Below the pieces are notes generated by a model. It was not told where the DNA came from. It saw nothing but the letters and a program-made list of their open reading frames with translations, and did not search any database. Position numbers and translations under genes: made by a program. 49,495 nucleotides of DNA from Candidatus Uhrbacteria bacterium (lineage in GTDB: Bacteria; Patescibacteriota; Patescibacteriia; UBA9934; UBA9568), in the NCBI GenBank assembly GCA_003497135.1, contig DNKR01000049.1, positions 2,516 to 52,010 of the forward strand, written 5' to 3'. How positions within the stretch are numbered: position 1 is the stretch's first letter; every line of letters starts with the position of its first letter. Positions 46,601-49,495 of the stretch are shown here, in pieces.

Positions 46601-46627
46601 GTAGGAGACGGTATTTCCGTCTCCTAC
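46601..46627. terminator. Perfect 11-bp stem-loop GTAGGAGACGG-tattt-CCGTCTCCTAC; possible terminator after the Cys-repeat gene
   Basis: Read directly. There is no T-run on the plus strand. On the minus strand it is followed by ATGGTTTTTCTTGTGGTTTTTC. Confidence 0.4.
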
Positions 46628-46676
46628 ACAAAATGCTGTGGATAACCTTGAAAATGAACATTACGCATCCAACACA

Positions 46677-46705
46677 TTGAAGCAGAAGACAATTTCCTGT
46701 ATAAT
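46677..46705 (+). promoter_or_regulatory. gltX promoter TTGAAG-17 nt-TATAAT, with the -10 ending 8 nt before the ATG (leaderless-type)
   Basis: Perfect -10 at 46700-46705 and a 17-nt spacer. The ATG is at 46714. Confidence 0.6.
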
Positions 46706-46713
46706 TTCAATGT

Positions 46714-48177
46714 ATGAACGAAAAAATCAGAGTGCGATTCGCACCAAGTCCAACTGGATATCTGCATATCGGCAGTTTGCGCACTGTTTTGTACAATTAT
46801 TTTTTTGCGCGCCGCAACAACGGCACTCTAATTTTGCGAATAGAAGATACTGATCGCACCAGATTTGTCCCTGGAGCGCTTGAAGCGCTTATTAAAACGC
46901 TGTCACGCATTGGATTAGAATTTGACGAAGGTCCATACATAAAAGCCGATAATGAAATTGCTCAAAAAGGTGATTTCGGCCCATATATTCAATCAGAACG
47001 GCTTGATACATACAAACAATACGCAAAACAGCTTCTTGATGCTGGCAAAGCATATCCGTGTTTTTGTTCTGAAGAACGCCTCGCTCTTATGCGCCGCCAG
47101 CAAGAGCTTGCAAAAATGCAGCCAAAATATGACCGAGAATGTTTGAAACTTAACAAAGAAGAAACAAAAACTCGTATAGAGGCAGGGGAGAGCCATGTAC
47201 TTCGCTTTCTGGTTCCTGAAGGCCAAACAGTATTTGATGACATTATCCACGGCAAAATAACAGTCCAAAACAAGGACATAGACGATCAGGTTCTTGTTAA
47301 ATCAGACGGCTTTCCAACTTATCATCTTGCAAGCGTCGTTGATGATCATCTAATGGAAATTACGCATGTGATTCGCGGAGACGAATGGCTTCCAAGCACA
47401 CCTAAGCACAAGTTATTGTACGACGCATTCGGTTGGCAGGCGCCGCAATTCGCGCACCTTCCGCTTCTTTTGAATCCAGACAAAAGCAAGCTTTCTAAGC
47501 GGCAGGGCGATGTTTCTGTTGAAGATTTTTTAAACAAGGGCTATTTGCAGGAAACGCTTATAAATTTCGTCTCGCTTCTTGGATGGAATCCAAAAGGGGA
47601 TCAAGAAATCTATACAAAACAAGAACTTACAGATCTTTTTGAACTAGAAAAGATTAACAAAACAGGGGCCATAATGAACATCGAAAAATTAAATTGGCTA
47701 AACAATCATTATTTGAGAACAAAAAGCCAAGAGGAAATTTTCAACTTAATAGAAAATGAACTTAAAACAGCAGAAAAGGCAACTGTATTGCGCTTAATTG
47801 AAATATCAAAAGAAAGGTCATCAACATCAGAGGATTTTATTCTGTTTATTAATAAAACAATCAGTATACCCGACTATAATCCTGAACTGTTAATATGGCA
47901 AAAATCAGATCGCGACACAGCGCAGGCGATTTTGCAGGAAATCCACGAATTTTTAACATCAGTAAATGAAACAGATTTTGAAATAAATGCATTAGAGAGT
48001 AAAATCAAGGAGTACATAAAACAAAAATCATATCAAAACGGAGATGTGCTTTGGCCGCTAAGAGTGGCTCTATCCGGTCTTGAACAATCGCCGTCGCCGT
48101 TTGAACTCGCGTGGGCTATTGGAAAAACAGAAACGCTCCACAGAATTCAAAACGCAATTCAAAAACTTTGGCAATGA
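46714..48177 (+). CDS. gltX: Glutamyl-tRNA synthetase
   Basis: RVRFAPSPTGYLHIGSLRT (HIGH) and KLSKRQG (KMSKS) are class I motifs. Confidence 0.95.
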   Translation: MNEKIRVRFAPSPTGYLHIGSLRTVLYNYFFARRNNGTLILRIEDTDRTRFVPGALEALIKTLSRIGLEFDEGPYIKADNEIAQKGDFGPYIQSERLDTYKQYAKQLLDAGKAYPCFCSEERLALMRRQQELAKMQPKYDRECLKLNKEETKTRIEAGESHVLRFLVPEGQTVFDDIIHGKITVQNKDIDDQVLVKSDGFPTYHLASVVDDHLMEITHVIRGDEWLPSTPKHKLLYDAFGWQAPQFAHLPLLLNPDKSKLSKRQGDVSVEDFLNKGYLQETLINFVSLLGWNPKGDQEIYTKQELTDLFELEKINKTGAIMNIEKLNWLNNHYLRTKSQEEIFNLIENELKTAEKATVLRLIEISKERSSTSEDFILFINKTISIPDYNPELLIWQKSDRDTAQAILQEIHEFLTSVNETDFEINALESKIKEYIKQKSYQNGDVLWPLRVALSGLEQSPSPFELAWAIGKTETLHRIQNAIQKLWQ

Positions 48178-49391
48178 AACACATAAAAATAACAAAACTG
48201 ATTTCTATTTTTCTTACTGGATCTATTATTCTAAATAGCTCGAATTTTAGCGCATTAGCAGAAGACGATTCATACCTTATAAACGAACAAATAACCGAAA
48301 AAAGAACGCAAGCAGGGCAATTAAACAAAAAAATAGAAGAATACAGAAACAACATTGCAAAATTACAGCAAGAACAAGCATCTCTTGCGTCAGAAATCGG
48401 AATTTTTGAAAACCAAATCGCCGGAACTGAACTGGACATACAAGCAACAGAAATGGAAATAGAAGCAGTACAGCTTGAAATGGAGCTTTTGGGCCAAAAC
48501 ATAGACAAGCAAAACATTGAACTTGAAAAAGAAAAGGACCTGCTTAACACAATAATTTTTGAAATGCACAAAGCTGACTCAATCTCAGTACTTGAAATTT
48601 ATTTTGGATCAAAACAGTTCTCTGATATTTTCGGCCGAATGCAGATGTTGGAAAACACAAACGAAGAACTAACAAACACGCTTCAACAAACATCAGAAAC
48701 AAAAATCGGACTGGAAGCAATGCTGTCATCAAAAAAAGAAAAGGCAGAGTCGCTGGAGATATCAAAAGACGCGTTAAGGCAAAAAAGAGAACAACTACAG
48801 ACAGAAATCGGATCAAAAGAGCTTCTGATAGACGAAACAGCATCTACAGAATCAAAATATCAGGCTCTGTTATCTGAACTGCGCCAGGAACAGCAGTTTG
48901 TGGCGCAACAGATCCAAAGTTTGCAGGCAGAACTTGAACAACGATTAAGCGAAATGGATTTATCAGGCGAAACTCCATCAGTGTTAAGTTGGCCTGTTGA
49001 CCCGTCATACAAAGGTATTTCAGCAACATTCCATGATCCTACATATCCATACAGGCACTTGTTTGAACATTCTGGTGTTGATGTTCCGCAACCGCAAGGA
49101 ACACCGGTTAAATCAGCTGCTTCAGGATATGTAGCTGTAGCACGCACAGGCCGTTCTTACGGCAATTATATTATGATTGTGCATACAGACGGCATCGCGA
49201 CTCTGTACGCGCATTTATCTCGCATAGATGTAAAACCGGATCAATTCGTAGCAAGGGGCCAAATTATTGGCGCAAGCGGGGGAGCGCGAGGTTCAAAAGG
49301 AGCAGGCCTATCAACCGGACCGCATTTGCACTTTGAAGTCCGTAAAGATGGAATCCCAGTAAATCCAATGGGATATTTGTCAGCAAGATAA
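48174..49391 (+). CDS. M23-family (LytM-domain) peptidoglycan endopeptidase with an N-terminal coiled coil (EnvC-like architecture)
   Basis: Signal/TM segment, a long Q/E-rich coiled coil, then HSGVDV ... YGNYIMIVH ... TGPHLHFEV. ATGA overlap with gltX. Confidence 0.9.
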   Translation: MKHIKITKLISIFLTGSIILNSSNFSALAEDDSYLINEQITEKRTQAGQLNKKIEEYRNNIAKLQQEQASLASEIGIFENQIAGTELDIQATEMEIEAVQLEMELLGQNIDKQNIELEKEKDLLNTIIFEMHKADSISVLEIYFGSKQFSDIFGRMQMLENTNEELTNTLQQTSETKIGLEAMLSSKKEKAESLEISKDALRQKREQLQTEIGSKELLIDETASTESKYQALLSELRQEQQFVAQQIQSLQAELEQRLSEMDLSGETPSVLSWPVDPSYKGISATFHDPTYPYRHLFEHSGVDVPQPQGTPVKSAASGYVAVARTGRSYGNYIMIVHTDGIATLYAHLSRIDVKPDQFVARGQIIGASGGARGSKGAGLSTGPHLHFEVRKDGIPVNPMGYLSAR

Positions 49392-49404
49392 AAATATAAG
49401 TGGT

Positions 49405-49436
49405 AAAAAAAGGATTGGGAACAATCCTTTTTCTTT
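49405..49436 (+). terminator. Rho-independent terminator after the M23 peptidase gene
   Basis: AAAGGATTG-ggaa-CAATCCTTT stem followed by TTCTTTATTT. Confidence 0.8.
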
Positions 49437-49450
49437 ATTTGGGTTTTATA

Positions 49451-49486
49451 TTTGGCGTCGTACAATATATGTTAGACGACGCCAAA
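49451..49486. repeat. 11-bp inverted repeat TTTGGCGTCGT ... ACGACGCCAAA with a 14-nt AT-rich loop
   Basis: Read directly at the window end. Its context is truncated. Confidence 0.6.
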
Positions 49487-49495
49487 CTTATTATT

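Noticed and set aside
46638-46853. 71-aa ORF overlapping the gltX start.
   Set aside because: It is out of frame with the clear GluRS N-terminus (HIGH motif) and starts upstream of the gltX -35 element. I consider it spurious.

Overview
This window reads as a compact, low-GC stretch of bacterial chromosome (about 38-40% GC by hand counts). Genes are tightly packed, and many neighbours overlap as ATGA start/stop pairs. The standard genetic code applies, since TGA is used as a stop. I infer a reduced-genome, CPR/Patescibacteria-like lineage, but this cannot be proven without rRNA or database searches.

Gene content, in order:
- F1Fo ATP synthase cluster atpE-F-H-A-G-D-C.
- A UvrD-type helicase fused to a Cas4/AddB-like 4-Cys nuclease, coupled to a DUF721-like ORF.
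- mreB-mreC-mreD, then a phosphoribosyltransferase, prs and PBP2.
- A beta-CASP RNase, era, and a SpoU methylase.
- A glycosyltransferase, a TSP3/PKD surface protein, murJ and alaS.
- infA-rpmJ-rpsM-rpsK-rpsD-rpoA-rplQ-rplM-rpsI.
- A five-gene polysaccharide cluster (flippase, GT4, GT2, GT2, O-antigen-ligase-like).
- On the minus strand: fmt, def, priA, a LigB/Memo-like gene, a secreted repeat protein and clpB.
- tagA-like plus three uncharacterised genes, then gltX and an M23 peptidase.

No rRNA, tRNA, CRISPR array, transposase or integrase was seen.

Most notable observations:
1. An ~0.8 kb GC-rich single-gene island (42390-43185). It holds an unrecognised 202-aa ORF with a canonical Shine-Dalgarno site and a thrice-repeated GGTCAGCC leader.
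2. A PriA homolog that keeps its zinc-finger cysteines but has lost the Walker A lysine, the DEEH aspartate and the motif VI arginines.
3. A structured repeat element present upstream of both atpE and atpC.
4. A tight operon encoding a 582-aa cysteine-repeat protein and two small unknown proteins.
5. RpoA without an alpha-CTD, and a minimal AlaRS.
6. Host genes that essentially lack Shine-Dalgarno sites, several with promoters placed for leaderless mRNAs.
7. A CIRCE operator embedded in the clpB promoter.
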